Assembly (NCBI GenBank): GCA_903813345.2
Contig: CAIIXF020000001.1
Coordinates: forward strand, 31,124,001-31,188,000
Direction of reading: 5' to 3'
DNA length: 64,000 bases
Source: Owenia fusiformis
Taxonomy: Eukaryota
Every line of letters starts with the position of its first letter. The stretch's first letter is position 1. Under the pieces are notes generated by a model that had not been told where the DNA came from, did no database searches, and saw only the letters and a program-made list of their open reading frames with translations. A program made the translations under genes and the position numbers. Below, in pieces: positions 1 to 14,100 of this stretch.

Positions 1-40
1 GTATTTATTCTGGATCTTTAGCATTTCTTTTCCATTACAG

Positions 41-1984
41 ATTCTAACATATCTTGTTATGTCCACTATAAATGGAGTGGCCACAAGTACATTGATTGCC
101 ATATCTTCCTGGGGCATATATCTGGACTCTCATAGACAGTATTACAAAAAGATGTATGGGGACTTTGAACTTGTAACTGAAGTTGGGGTAGGTGTACTTT
201 CTTATGTGTTTCCATGTATTTTCTTAATTGCTACTACAGTGTATTAGATTTGAATGAAGTATTTTAAAAACTTGTTATGAGCTTCCAGAACATTTTCCAG
301 TACTAAATATTGCAATTTTGGAAACAATTTGTGTCATCCTAACCTTAGTGAGTACTCAAACTCACCATCTTCAAATCATCACATTGGTATTAGTCATTGG
401 AATTTTGGCTCTATAACAGAACTTCCTTAAAAGTATGTGAGTCTCAGTTTGTTACAAATAACAGAAATTATTGACAGCTCCACTTCAATAAAAATCATTA
501 TGTGATCAAATCCGTAATCAAGCTCATAAATTTGGAATCTGTAGGCTGAGGTTTGTATACTGAAACCATGGCCATCCAAAAGCTGAATTGAAAATGGAAC
601 GAAATTAAAATTGATTTGCATGTAACTATTTTGTTCAAAAGAACAGTAATACCACTTCAATTTGAAAATAAATATAGTACATGTATGATAAATTTCTTCA
701 TTGTGTAGTATGATCTTGCAGATCAGAAAGGTTCCTGAATCCTATAACGTTCCTAACTATCATATCTCTGATGTTTTCTATAGGTTCCCCAGGTGGCGCT
801 GAATGCAACATTATTAGTTTTGGGGATAGTCCTAGGTGGCAGCACTATATGGGCTGCAGCTGTCTGTTGTAAAGCAGCTGGTTGTTGTTACGCACCTGAG
901 GTATGATGTCAAAACAGGATCTTTTGGTGTTATATTTTTGTATATACCATCATGGCCAATGAATGTGTTCACATTTAGAGATGGCCGCACTTTAATTAGT
1001 ACTATAAAAACAATAAGATTGTTTATGGAATTTACTGTTGATATATCTGACAAATGTCCTTGTATGGTTGACAAGAAAGTTCATTATATTGTACTCCCAT
1101 ATTATTTGCGTGCAATTTAGTTTTGCGATTGTGGTAGAAATTGCCGATAAATCCCTTGCATTTGTTATTACCTGGGACTCCAATGAATTTTGTTTTTTGT
1201 AAAATGTTTATCTAGTGTTATTGTGTGATAAATGGAATACTAGCAACAATGTCTCTTACACTGGCTTATTAGATCAAATAAACCAAAAAATGACAATGTA
1301 ATAGAGGTTGAGGTGTAGTGTGCCATTGACCAAGATCTAGCAATTGTAAATCTTATCCAAATGTGACATTGGGCTAGGTGTAATAACTGTAAAAGGTCAC
1401 TTAGTTTACAAAGCTTAATTATTCAGAAAATAATGAAATTTAAACTTAAGAAATCCGCGAAATGTTATAGCTACAAAATTAACTGAGAATACAGTTTATT
1501 ATTCAGTGAATATTTAGTCATCAGTAAAATTCACTTGACTTTATTTTGAATTAGGACATTTTATATTAATTGCTACAATACAATTTTATTTACTTTGTTG
1601 ATTACTGATTATAGGGTGTGTACACAATCCCCTCCCCCCAGGTGGTGTACAGTCCTGTGCAGGGGGCTGGGGGTCAACAGGTGTTAGTCTTTACCCAGGA
1701 CCCAGCACAGTCCAATACTCTGTATGCTCTCCCACAGGGCTACATGCTGAACCAACAAGGTACACACTTATAAAAAAAAAGATATGTAAAGTATGGGAGT
1801 ATTTTATCCTTGTATTTTTACCTCGCTTTAACTTGCTCTACATTGTATAAATTCAAGGTCATTTCTAATTGCAGGACAGATGATGGTTCAGATCCCTGCC
1901 TCAGGGGTGGTTCAGTCAGGAGCGGGAACTGATTCACATCCTCGTCCCCTGAATGCCCCCATCGTACAACAAACACAGTCATGA
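41..1984 (+). CDS. MS4A/CD20-like four-transmembrane protein, 3' part (5' exons outside window)
   Basis: In-frame GT-AG exons 41-187 (ILTYLVMSTINGVATSTLIAISSWGIY.., TM), 784-900 (VPQVALNATLLVLGIVLGGSTIWAAAVCCKAAGCCYAPE, TM followed by CC..CC), 1615-1759 and 1875-1984 (P/Q/V-rich tail, TGA at 1982-1984). Last TM + Cys cluster + PQ-rich tail is typical of MS4A-like proteins; the family call is less certain than the exon structure. Confidence 0.7.
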
Positions 1985-4603
1985 ATTATGAATTATTGCC
2001 AAAATAAATCAGGCAATCGATAAAACTTCCTAGTAATTTCCAGTGCAATTTATATTCACATTTTTGACAGATTGAATTCATGAAATATAATACTAACCAA
2101 ATTCCATTAGATATTCAAAAATTCAATATTATTTGTTCATTGTTCAGCTTTCCATCAGTTGTTCATATAATAGGTAAGGGAAGTTCAATGGAGTCTCTAC
2201 AATTACAAAATCACAAAATGTGGATTTAAAACAGCATTGAACATTAGAAGAATCACAGTATACAAGAAAAGGAATTTAAAGGAGTTTAAAGTGTGTACAT
2301 ATATTTATTTTGAAAACTTGCCTTTCAAGGAGCCCAAGTGCAATACTGTATTTTATGATATTACAAGTACTGTATGTTAATATTTATTGAATGTTGCCAT
2401 TTGTCCCACCAAACAAAATTTGACTGATGCCTTATGGGCATTGGGTATAGAACCTCTAGTCAAGATAGAAAATATAAAGTGATATCATGCCAAAAGAGAC
2501 ATACTAGTGCCTGGTGATTACAACCATGCATTGATTAAAGTGATTTGATAATATATGTTTTGTTTGGTGGGATCTGATACTCCGGGGAGTTGATGTTTTT
2601 ATAGGTATAATAAAATAATGGTGCTTAATAAGGGGGCATGTCCAATGGTCAACAGTTTCAGAAAAATATAGATTTGTATTACATTTGGTGGTCTTTTTTC
2701 CAAAGTTGTGTATAGAAAATCAGCATTTTGAAATTGTTAAAATCAACCTTTGGACACTGTCTTTCATTTACAATTTTGCAATTGCCCCTTTGTGAAATAT
2801 ATGACAACTTTTTGCATTATCATAATTGGGGTAACAACAACAGAATAGTTATGATATAATGATACAAATGTCATGAATTAGAAGAATTCTTTCCTGTATG
2901 CTTTATAAAATATGTGTCATTTATTGCCATTTTCAATTTTACGTTTTTTGTATTATTTTTAGACTAATTTGTGCATATATTATGACAAGGAGTTTAACAC
3001 TACATTTTGTTAGTTTATTAAGGTGGCGAAGGGACTAGAACAAAATATCAATGTTTTTTCCTAAACGTAACAATTCAACAATTTTGTAGAACATACCCAA
3101 CACTTTTGAGACCTGTGCTCTAACACAGCATTAGGCATGTCATGTTATGAATTCCCTATTATGTTATCTTCATAGCGAAACCTCACTTTCACTTCTTTTA
3201 GTTTAGCAAAAAATTATACATTGATATTCATCCCAAGCAGCCCCTAAAGAATAAAGGTGTCATTTTTGACTGTTATTTACACATATTGAGATGGTGAAAT
3301 ATACTTCCAGTCTCAAACTTTTTTTGTGGATGGTGTTGGGCAGTTGGTGTTTGGCATTCAGCATCTGTAAAAATTGCAGGTGGTGACATTTTGCATGTCA
3401 ATGCCTTGTATCATCATTGTCTTTGATGTATTTTCAAGGTGACTATAGATTCACTGTATATATTGTATTTTTGCATATTAAGGCACACAGCTTCAAGAGG
3501 TTGTAAAAGGGTGTCAATGGGGTATGTGGGACTTGAAGTTTTGACAATGGAGATGTTCATGTTTAGAGGTGCTCTTATGTTTTACTGCATTTACATTATA
3601 GCAGTCCAATACATGTTATTATATGGAATATCTTTGCCACTACTCACTAGTCAGTTTCAACTGTATAATCATTTATATTTCTTTGATATTTTATTTTAAC
3701 ATGAGATGCTTCTCAACTAGAGTTCTCATCAAAAGCTGCTCTGAGAATAATCACAGTCACAGTAAATAATTTCCAGTCTTTCAGATTGTTCAAATTATTT
3801 TCCAAATCTCATTTGCTGAGTGTATTGGCTACTTACACTTTTGCTTTTTCACAAAATTGCTCCAACTTTGACATTTTTAATCCAATCAACACATATCATT
3901 TTTAAAATGTGTAGATATAATAGGATTGATGCTTACCATTACTAATAATATCATATTACCAAGTTGAGCATCACATGTTGTATATGTATAAAGTTAAATG
4001 TCAAGTAATGGCAAAAATGAATAGTGCTCTGGTTTCAAACCCATCTTAGGGCCTGTATTAGTTAAAAGGGTTCATTAAACCTAGGATGACGAAAAGATGT
4101 CTGTCATTTTACTTTAGTAAAATATTGAATAGAAACTGTAGTTTAGAATGGATGAATATGAACTGGGTTTTTCTCTTACAAAAATAATTTTCCAAGCATT
4201 GAAGCGACCTGGTCCTGAATTTGAACATAGTAAAATTTACGAAAAATCAAATATGATAGAACCGCAATTTGTCTACAATACAAGTTGTCCAAATCCTTGT
4301 GAAAATATCTGCACACTGTATATTTATTATTTTGTAACTGACTGTTTATCATTATTATAAAACAAGGACAATCACTTTTTATACATGAGACAGCAATTGA
4401 TATTATGGAAAATTTCTCGAAAATTTATTTAAAAATAAGAGGTATGAGCTGGTAAAAAAATGCTACTGATTTGACATAATATTATTTTATTTTTTATATT
4501 GTACATTTTAGTTTATTACAGAGATTTTATTTAAAAGATGCGTAAATAAAGTATATTGTAAATGTAACATTTGTATTTTGTCAAGTTATATTATAAATGC
4601 CAT

Positions 4604-4780
4604 ACAGTAAAACCTGTGTATAGTGAACATTTTTCATCCAAGAAAAAAACTTTCAGTGCCGATAGGTGTTCACTTCAGGGAGGAAAATGTAAACAGAAGT
4701 CAGTAGAGAATGTGGGGAGGAAGGGTGTCTACTAGAGAGAGGTGTTCACTAGAGAGAGGTGTTCACTAACACAGGTTTTA
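4604..4780. mobile_element. Short Tc1/mariner-type MITE
   Basis: TA-CAGTAAAACCTGTG..AGTGAACA at left and TGTTCACTAACACAGGTTTTA at right are inverted repeats; internal AGAGAGGTGTTCAC subrepeats; similar architecture to 43196-43380. Confidence 0.55.
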
Positions 4781-5162
4781 TGATACAAATATTTTCTGGG
4801 CTTAGAAGATAACCTTTGACACACTGTTTTGTCTCAGATCAGTTTGAATAAGTTTGGGTTCAATAAATGTCATTAGACTTGGGAATCCCAAGCTGAGGTA
4901 TTATGGGTGACTCCAGGAACTACTTTACTCTCTATGCTGCAAACATGAAACTCTTGGCACATCTGTTGTGGAATCGTAGCTTTCATAGAAATCTTATACA
5001 TAATACACGATCCACATAAAATTCGCTCACAATTTCAATTGTGTTGAATATGTATGTAACTTGTAATATGTAATGTTCGTCCTCAGTTTTCATAAATCCA
5101 AAATTATTCCACACTCAAAGATAGTAAGTCCCAAACGCACATTGTCTTCAGTTAATCAAGTG

Positions 5163-8100
5163 CTAGCTTTGTTGTGCATTACTATGTTGCTCTTGTTGTC
5201 GCTGGTCATCTTGATAGCTCTGTAGTGCCAGCTCAACTATGCCAGCATGTGGGGCATCATGTTCAATGTAGTTCTGGAAATAGACACACAGCAATATTGT
5301 ATATTTCATATATCTTAAAACTGTCTGCAACTCCCTTTTGTTTTGGTATAGTCAGTCAATGATAGTCACATACTCCTTGCAGTGTTAAATAAAATTCCAT
5401 TTGTCCAACTAATCATTTGAAGTTCGCAGTCTACAAAGCTGCTAAAAATGTCATTAGGCTGTATGAACTTCCCACTACTCAAATTCAGTGATATTCACTA
5501 AGGCCTGCTTAATGAAAACTATAGCTTACAAGGTAATTTCTATATTATTTTGAAATTATTACCTTAATGAGTGTGCTAGGATCTGTAATATTTTGTGACT
5601 TGGCCATTTGTGCTGACACACTGTCAGGATGTATTATGTTGAGAAGTACTACCAAATCTTGAGCATCACGGATCCTAGAGAATACAGAGATAATATGGTG
5701 AAAATACAGATATAGAATTAATGAACAAAATATAGTAGGCCAATTGCTTGTTTTGTACTTTAGTGCATTCAAATGTCATGAGCTGCATAAATAAATATGC
5801 AATCTTTTTGCAAAACCATATGATCATATATTCCCACAATAACACTTGGCATGGAATGCAACAGTAAACACTCAATACAAGCAATTGTGTGCTTGGGATC
5901 TTTCTTAAAATTCATTCAAAGTTCAAATTCAACCTAGGTTCGTTCAATTAAAAATACATTGAGCCTAATCATACTTACAAGTCTCTTTGAAGCATGTCTA
6001 CCAATAAATGGTCAATCTTTTTATGCCATGCAAGATAGAATGCCAGGCCACCAAAATGTCTAGTTGATCTTAGATCTTCAAACAGCTTCTTGCTATCTAT
6101 GTGTTCATATGTTCTCTGTGTAACCTGCAAGGAACAGAATGAAATACAGTATTTTATATTCTTCAAATCCATATCTGGAATTATTTTAAATCACTCATTA
6201 TTGTGAACATTATGATAGAAATAACCATGATAGTATTGCCCCCTGGAAAAAGCTACACCCATCATTTAACTTCAAGACAAATAAATTCCTCTCAAAGAGA
6301 GATCAAAAGTTGGACCAATTTCTGTTAACCAGTATTCGCATTGTCAGAAAAATTACATTTCTTCTGAATAAATTGATGCCACATCTCGATAAGTCCCATG
6401 TCCTTAACACATTAGCATTTAAAAACTGAACAAAATCTGACAACTGGTATTTACGAGAAGTTATCAAAAATTATATTTTACATGAAAAGTGGTAGACATT
6501 TTGATATGAGCAGACATACTGGAAATTTCTTATGGAACAGATAGGTAGTAAGCTAGCACCCAAAAATGTATTAGTTCGTGAACAAATTGAAATTACTTGT
6601 TTCTTATGTATTTTTATGTGATACTTCAGAAAATGTTTGTCTGACGCGCCGTATCCGGGGCGAAAGTTGTCAAATTGACATTTTCGACCCTAAAATGGAA
6701 AATTACAGGGGGTACTTTATCATCACTCGATAAATCATTCTGTTAGTCTCCAATCATCATAATAATTTTATGGGGAGTTGATTGGATCATGCTGAGGTAG
6801 TATGTAAAATTCCAATGCTCTGTCACTCATGGTTGTCATGGAAACCACAATTTTCGTTCAAAATATCCTTAATTTTGCAAAACCTGAACATGTACATCAT
6901 GTAGAATATGGATTATTTTTCGAATCAATACATATCAGCACATTTTAGCACACTCAAAATAACCAGTACATTTCAAACATTTGTTTAAATATAAAGGATA
7001 TTGCAATTTACATGATTGGTCAGTGTCAAAGAACATAAAATTACATGAGTGATCAAAAGTGGGCGTCACCCCCATATTAGTAGATGATTGCTATACTCTA
7101 TAAAAACAGAGTTTAACTTGACTTTTGAGATACATTTACACTAGACTTATTTGATTATATTTTATATCAAGCATTTCTGGTAAATAATGTACATCTAAGT
7201 GTCATAGTTATTGCATGGGGGAGGTACAGAGGGGGGGGGGGGCTAGTAAAAGAATTGGGAGGAGGCAGAGCTAATCAGCCTTAAGTATAAATCTCATCTA
7301 CATATATCTGGATTTCATGGGGTACATCTTCTCCATGGGTCTTTTTCATATTCATCTCAGTTTATGGGATATTACAACTTACATGATTGGTCAGTGTCAA
7401 AGAACATACAATTACACAAGTAATCAAAAGTGGGCGTCGCCCCCATACTAGAGTAGATGATTGCTATTCTCTATAAAAACAGAGTTAAACTTGACTTGAG
7501 ATACATTTACTTTGGACTTCTTTGATTATACTTTATATTTTCTGGTAAATAATGTACAACTCAGTGCAATGGTTATTGCATGAGGAGGGGTGAGGTTAGT
7601 AACAGAATTGGGAGGGGGCAGAGTTAATCAGCCTTAGGAATAAATTCTTTCTTTTGGACTTCTTCATAGAGTATTTTCTGGGTCTTCTTAGTTATCTCAA
7701 TATACTGTATATAGTTATTGTATGGGATGGGGGTAGTAACAGAATAGGGAGGGGTGGGGGGAACAAGTCAGCATTAAGTATCAATTTCATCTTCAGAGTT
7801 CTGGATTTCATAAGATACATCTTCTGGAGTCTTTCTGATTCATCTCCTGGTGCTATATCAACAATCATTTGTCTGAGAATACCAGTCAATACCCAATGCA
7901 ATGGTGGAGTCATTCAGTTTCCATCCATGTCCATCTTCAGCTGGAATGTCAGGGTTTACAATATGAGCCATAAGCACGATAAGTGCTTTGTAGTAAGCTC
8001 TTGACAAGGTGGAAGAAGACTGATGTCAGTTCCTTCATAGTCTTTGATTGTTTTATGGGGTCTAAACTTCTATTTCAATTGGTTTATTTGGTTTTGCTGG

Positions 8101-11100
8101 TGTAAGACATTGTCGCTGAACATAAATGTTTTTTTATCATATTAATCAGTCTTCTTTTGTTTGCAGTCCAGCACTACACTTTGCTGTATTCTGTGCTTAT
8201 CCTAACACATTGATTGAAGGACTTATAAATGAAAGATTTGTAAAATGCACATGAGAGATGGACTGAAAATGTGTTTATTCCTTGTGACAATATTACTCTC
8301 TGGGCCCATATGGGCCCTAAGGAATGGGCCATATCCTTTCTAGTGATCATCATGATAAACCATGAAATTTTATTTCTTCCCAGCCCTTCAGGTGAGACAG
8401 AAAGATGCTATGAGTATCAGAATGTCTAGTTATGGCAATACAATAACAACTATAGATGAACCTTCTCATAGTCTGATCATTTTCATTATTGTGATTTATC
8501 GCATGATATTCAGGATGCCCATGTCAAGAAAATGCACTTACTTCATCTAGCGAAGGTATGAAGGCTGCATATATTATGCCAGGCCCTAGATGGGAGTAGT
8601 AACAGAATAATTGGGAGGGAGTAGAGCTCCCTCCTAGGTCTGAAACCACTTCCCACCCTAACCTCATGTAAAAACTATACTACTAAACATATTTATGAGA
8701 AATGGTTTATATAAATTATATTTGAACATGACTGTATTCACGCCTTCTATAAACTGTGAACAAAGTCAACATTTTACCTGGGGTATATATGTCAACACTA
8801 CCCTTGGTAATACGAGTAATGTGTGACATCAAGAGGGCTGTAGTAATGGCAGACCATAAGTTGAATATTCGAAAAATTTTGGGGAGTTTTCATGTTTGAA
8901 TTGTAATATATACCTCAGAGCAGGTGTGATATTGACAATGACCCCTTAGGGCTAGGTACAAACGTTTTCGAACCCCTCACTCCCTTGCATAGCCATGTGG
9001 AGTGTATTTGTCAATATAACACCTGCTCTTCAGTCTATATTTCTTAAATAATAGAAGTATAGATGATGTATAGATGACAGTGATCTTCCAAGCATTAAAG
9101 CAAGTGGGCGCAGTACCCACCTGAGATTTTGAAAATAGGTTTGCACCCACCTTAAAATCCATATGCACCCACTTGAAAGTTAGAGAAATCATGAAAAATT
9201 GGCATATTTTGACCAATTTTGGTCTAAATTGTGAAAATGGAAATTTTGTACCCACCTAAGAAGAAATCCTGGGGAGATCACTGGATGATCTTAAAACTCA
9301 AGTTGACCTCTGTTTGTAGAGAATGAAATATATACTGTTGTTGGGGAGATTCCCACTTTTGATCACTTATGTAATTGTTTGGTCTTGGATACTTACCTAT
9401 CATGTTTATTGTAATATCCTATATATTGAGATGAGTATGAAGAAGACCTAGAAGATGTATATGTTCCTTAGTAAATCCAGAACGAAGTATTATGAGCGCC
9501 CTTCCAGTTTCTATTACAAGCCCCCCCCCCCCTCTCTCAACCTGCCTCTCATGCAATAACTATTAAACTCAGATGTCACTGGTCAGTATCGAGCGATGGT
9601 ATATGCCATATAAGCCTGGTTTAGTTCAAATATCAAAGTATTACATCGACTATAAAGTAGTTTAAGTCAATGAAAACTATAAATATCTTCTCAACTGACA
9701 CCAGTGAGATGTACATTATTTACCTGAAATGGTTGATATTAAGTATAATCAAAGAACTTATAAATGATAAATATATATATATATATATTGAAAATTCTAC
9801 TTAAATCCTGTATTTATAGAGAATGGAAATCATCTACTATTATGAAGGTGATGCTGCCTACTTTTGATCACTTATGTAATGGTATGGTCTTGGACACCAA
9901 TCATGTAAAATGTAGTACCTATATATTGTAATGAAAATGAAGAAGACCAAGAAGATGTAACCTTTGAATATCCAGAACTATATAAATGAGAATTAATACT
10001 ATATAAATGAGAATTATACTAAGGCTGATTAGCTCTGCCCCCTCCAAATTCTGTTACTACCACCCCCCCCCCTCCGCTCCCCATGCAACAACTTTTATAC
10101 TTATATGTACATTATTTACCAGAAATGCATGATATAAAGTATATTTAAAGAACTTCAATATAAATGTATCGCAACAGTCAAGTTAAACTCTGTCTTTTCA
10201 GAGAATGGTAATCATTTACGATTATGGGGGCGACGCCCACTTTTGATCACTTATGTAGTAGTATGGTCTTTGACACTTACCAATTATATAAATTGCAATA
10301 TCATTTATGCTTAAACAAATGCTTAAACTTCCCTGGCCATTTTGGGTGTGCTAAAATATTCTTATATCTGTTGATTTGAAAAATAATCCTCATTCTATAT
10401 GTCCCTTTACAGGTTTGGCCAAAATTAAGGATTTTTCAATGCAAATTGTGGTTTCCATGGCAACCATGAGTGACAGGTGATTGAACCTTAACATACTACC
10501 TCAGCATGATCCAATCAACTCCCCATAAAATTATTATGATGATTGAAGACCAACTGAAGGATTTATTCAATGATGATAAAGTACCCCCTGTAATTTTCCA
10601 TTTTAGGGTCGAAAACGCCAATTTGACAACTTTCGCCCCGGATACGGCGCGTCAGACAAACATTTTCTGAAGTATCACATAAAAATACATAAGAAACAAG
10701 TAATTTCAATTTGTTCACGAACTAATACATTTTTGGGTGCTAGCTTACTACCTAAGAGATCCAACGCCTCTAAAAGAAACAAATCTGAAAACTTACTCTT
10801 ATATAGTCTGGACTATCAGGTTCAAACTGAATTATTGCACGGTTCAACACATACAGGTGTTTGCCTTCTTCTAGCATTTCCTACAACACAGAAACAATAA
10901 CATATAGGATATTACAAAGTACATGTAATTGTCATTGTAAACAAATCATACAAAAAAACATTGGTGTTCCCTCAGTTAGAGGGGACAATACTGACAGTCC
11001 TTGATATATTTTTTATTTTTTATAAACAAAGTTCAAAGTTTATGAACAAATAGAACTAGCAGTTGTGACGTCAGTGGGCAATAGTTCAAATGTATATTCC

Positions 11101-14100
11101 CGCTTTTTTCATTTGCGGGAATATAACTTTCGAAGGGAAATAGTAAATCTATTCCGGGACACGTGACTAGGTATTGACCAATCAGGATTAGTGTTACATA
11201 TTGGGTATATAATAACAACCATTCTAACATGATATGTGATGTCACAATAACGTGAACAATTGATTTACTGGTCTATATTGGGGTATGTATGACCTGTAAA
11301 TTTCAATATAGACCAAAAATGTAATGACTATTACAATTTCATACTCACCCCCTCTGAACTAATTTAGTCACAATATAGACATGACAGAAATGTGACGTCA
11401 GTTTCACTATTGATATTTTTGCAAACTATTTACCTACTATTAATCCGGTAAATAGAATGTCCAAAACATTAGAATTTTTCAGTTTGAACTCAAATCGGAA
11501 AAGAAACTTAGGTTTTATCATGTTAGAATCGTAACAAAGACCTCGATTCTATGATTTATGGCAAATATATGACCTCAAATTTTATTCTGCCCATTGCCAA
11601 AGACCTCAATCGCTACGCGATTTCGGTCTTTTAATAATGAACAGAATAAAATTTTCGGTCATATATTGCGCCATAAATCATAGAATCTCGGTCTTTATTC
11701 CTTACTCCCCAGGTTTATTCCTTAAATAACTCTTGTTTGATAGTTCTGAATAACAAAGTGTCTAAAAATCAACAAATTGTGACTTTTTTACATCAAAAAA
11801 ATGCTAATTCTTGAGAACCAAGAGGACTAGGGAAATTGTGATGACAGGTGAAATAGATATATGGATAGACATAAAATAAATGTAGACTGTAGAAACAACA
11901 TAACATGAGTAGCAATTTGTATCAACAATTTTGAGAAATGGATCAATAGGTGGACAAATATGTACTTTGGATTGAAACAAAATGAATGCAGATATAACCT
12001 TAAACAGACAGTTGTCCCATCAATATTCACAAATGGACCAACAGATGGGTGCTTAATCAATCCCACAGGCTTACTGTGCGAGTCAAAACTGTCTCTACAA
12101 ATATAAAACTAATCACAGGAATAAACCCCAAAAATATGCTAAGATGGATAGTACTGATATTATCTGGTCAGCCCCCTCCACCTTTATTTAAGATGATGGA
12201 ATGACAGGGAATCTACCAAACCATCATAAGGTCAAAATAGTATGGTTGGGCTTTGTCAGACGTCAAAATCAGCAATTTCTCGGAAACCGGGCGAACTTGG
12301 GAAATGGCGATGATAGGTCAAATAGGCATTATGGATATGCATAAAATGTATGTGGATATGACTCAATCTGAATAGCAGTTTTAATTTGTGCGGCCAATGT
12401 TGACTGATGGACGGACGGACACCTGGTCGATCCCATAGGCTCACTGTGTGAGTCAAAAATTACTTGTTTCAAATATTCTGATTTCTGAACAATTAGCCTA
12501 CTTCTAATCGTGCTTCTTCAAACATCTTAGGCATATAAACCATGCGGCCTTTCACAGGGAAATAGACATTTATCATCCTGTCTCGTTCATCATGCGTAGC
12601 CTTTCTCAGCGTTCCATCTGCTTCCCTTGCCACTATGTAGCGTTCCTGGAATTATATCAAAATATAAATAGTATAGAATCTGTATATAGTGCACAATCAA
12701 TTCTCTGATACTTCATACTCAGTTATTCCTATACATGTATGTTATACCATTCTAAAGCTCAACATTGTAGAGTAGGGGAATAAAGAGGTCTGAGGAGTGT
12801 ATAAGGGTTATGTACTGAGAGGTTTTGGATACAGGGTTTATCCCAAGAGAAATATAGGTTATTTACTGGGAGGGATTGAATATGGGTTTTATTACGAGGG
12901 ACAATATGATATTGACCGAAAGGTAATATGATATTGACCGAGAAAGCGCAGCGTCCGAGTGTCAATATCATATAACCAAAGGTCAATATCATATATACCG
13001 AGGAATAAAACCCATATTCAATCCCAGCCAGAAATAACCCATTTATTCCATAATACATCCCTCTAAAATGTTACATTTGGATAATGAAAATAACCGGGAA
13101 AAATTAACACTAACCAAAAATAGGTTAGTATGCTCCAATACGATTTTTTCCCAGGGACAATACAATATTTTCAAGTAATACGCTCCAATACGATTTTTTT
13201 CCCAGGGACAATACAATTTTTTCATGTAATACGATTCAATTATGATTTTTATTCCTTCATATTTCCCTGGTAAAACAGTAGTATTATGGAATAAATATGT
13301 GTATCTCCTGAGGGACCGCAGGACATATTTCCCGCGGGATAAACTCAGTATGCATGGAATACAGGGAGATACTGCATGGTTCTAAGTCATAGCCTAAGCT
13401 AAACAGATTACCTTGTTAGATATTCCATATGTGATATCAGTGAAGATATATTTAGTTTCTGTTATGCCAGCAATGTCTGGATTCTCCTCCAAAACCTCTT
13501 TTAGTGGAGCCCTTTGTTTCAACACTGGGGGCATCTGCAGCTTGTTCATAGCCTTTCTCAAAACACGCTCTTGAAGCTGGTCAGAAGTCAAAAGAATATG
13601 TTTACATACAGATTTATTTAATCCAGCATTTTTGTATGACAATGATCATATCAAAAATAACTTCCAGGAAATAAAGCATTGAAAGAAAGTAGTTACAAGC
13701 AGGCTTGTCTTCCTTCAAGTGACAATGAGATGAAAGTAAACAGATGTAATCTTACATTTCATTCTGTTGGAGTTCTTATGAAATGATTTAAATTAAGGAT
13801 TTAAGCCCTGGACCCAGTGCAATGTCAACTGAATCCTTCCTCAAAAAGGCGTTATTTCAACCTTTGCACAAGATGCAAAGCATCGGGTGTGAACTGTCAG
13901 AAATAACGCCTGAGTGGAATGAATCAGCCACAATGCATCAAGTCTTGGGCTTAAAATTTTCATACATTGCAAAATATTTTCTGCAAAATCACTTAAAAGA
14001 TACAAAATCACTAAAATGACATATTTTAAATGAAACTTTTTGCAAGGGTCAAGTTGGCAAAGCACCAATTTCAATGTGTCAAGTCAAGTTGTCAATGTGT

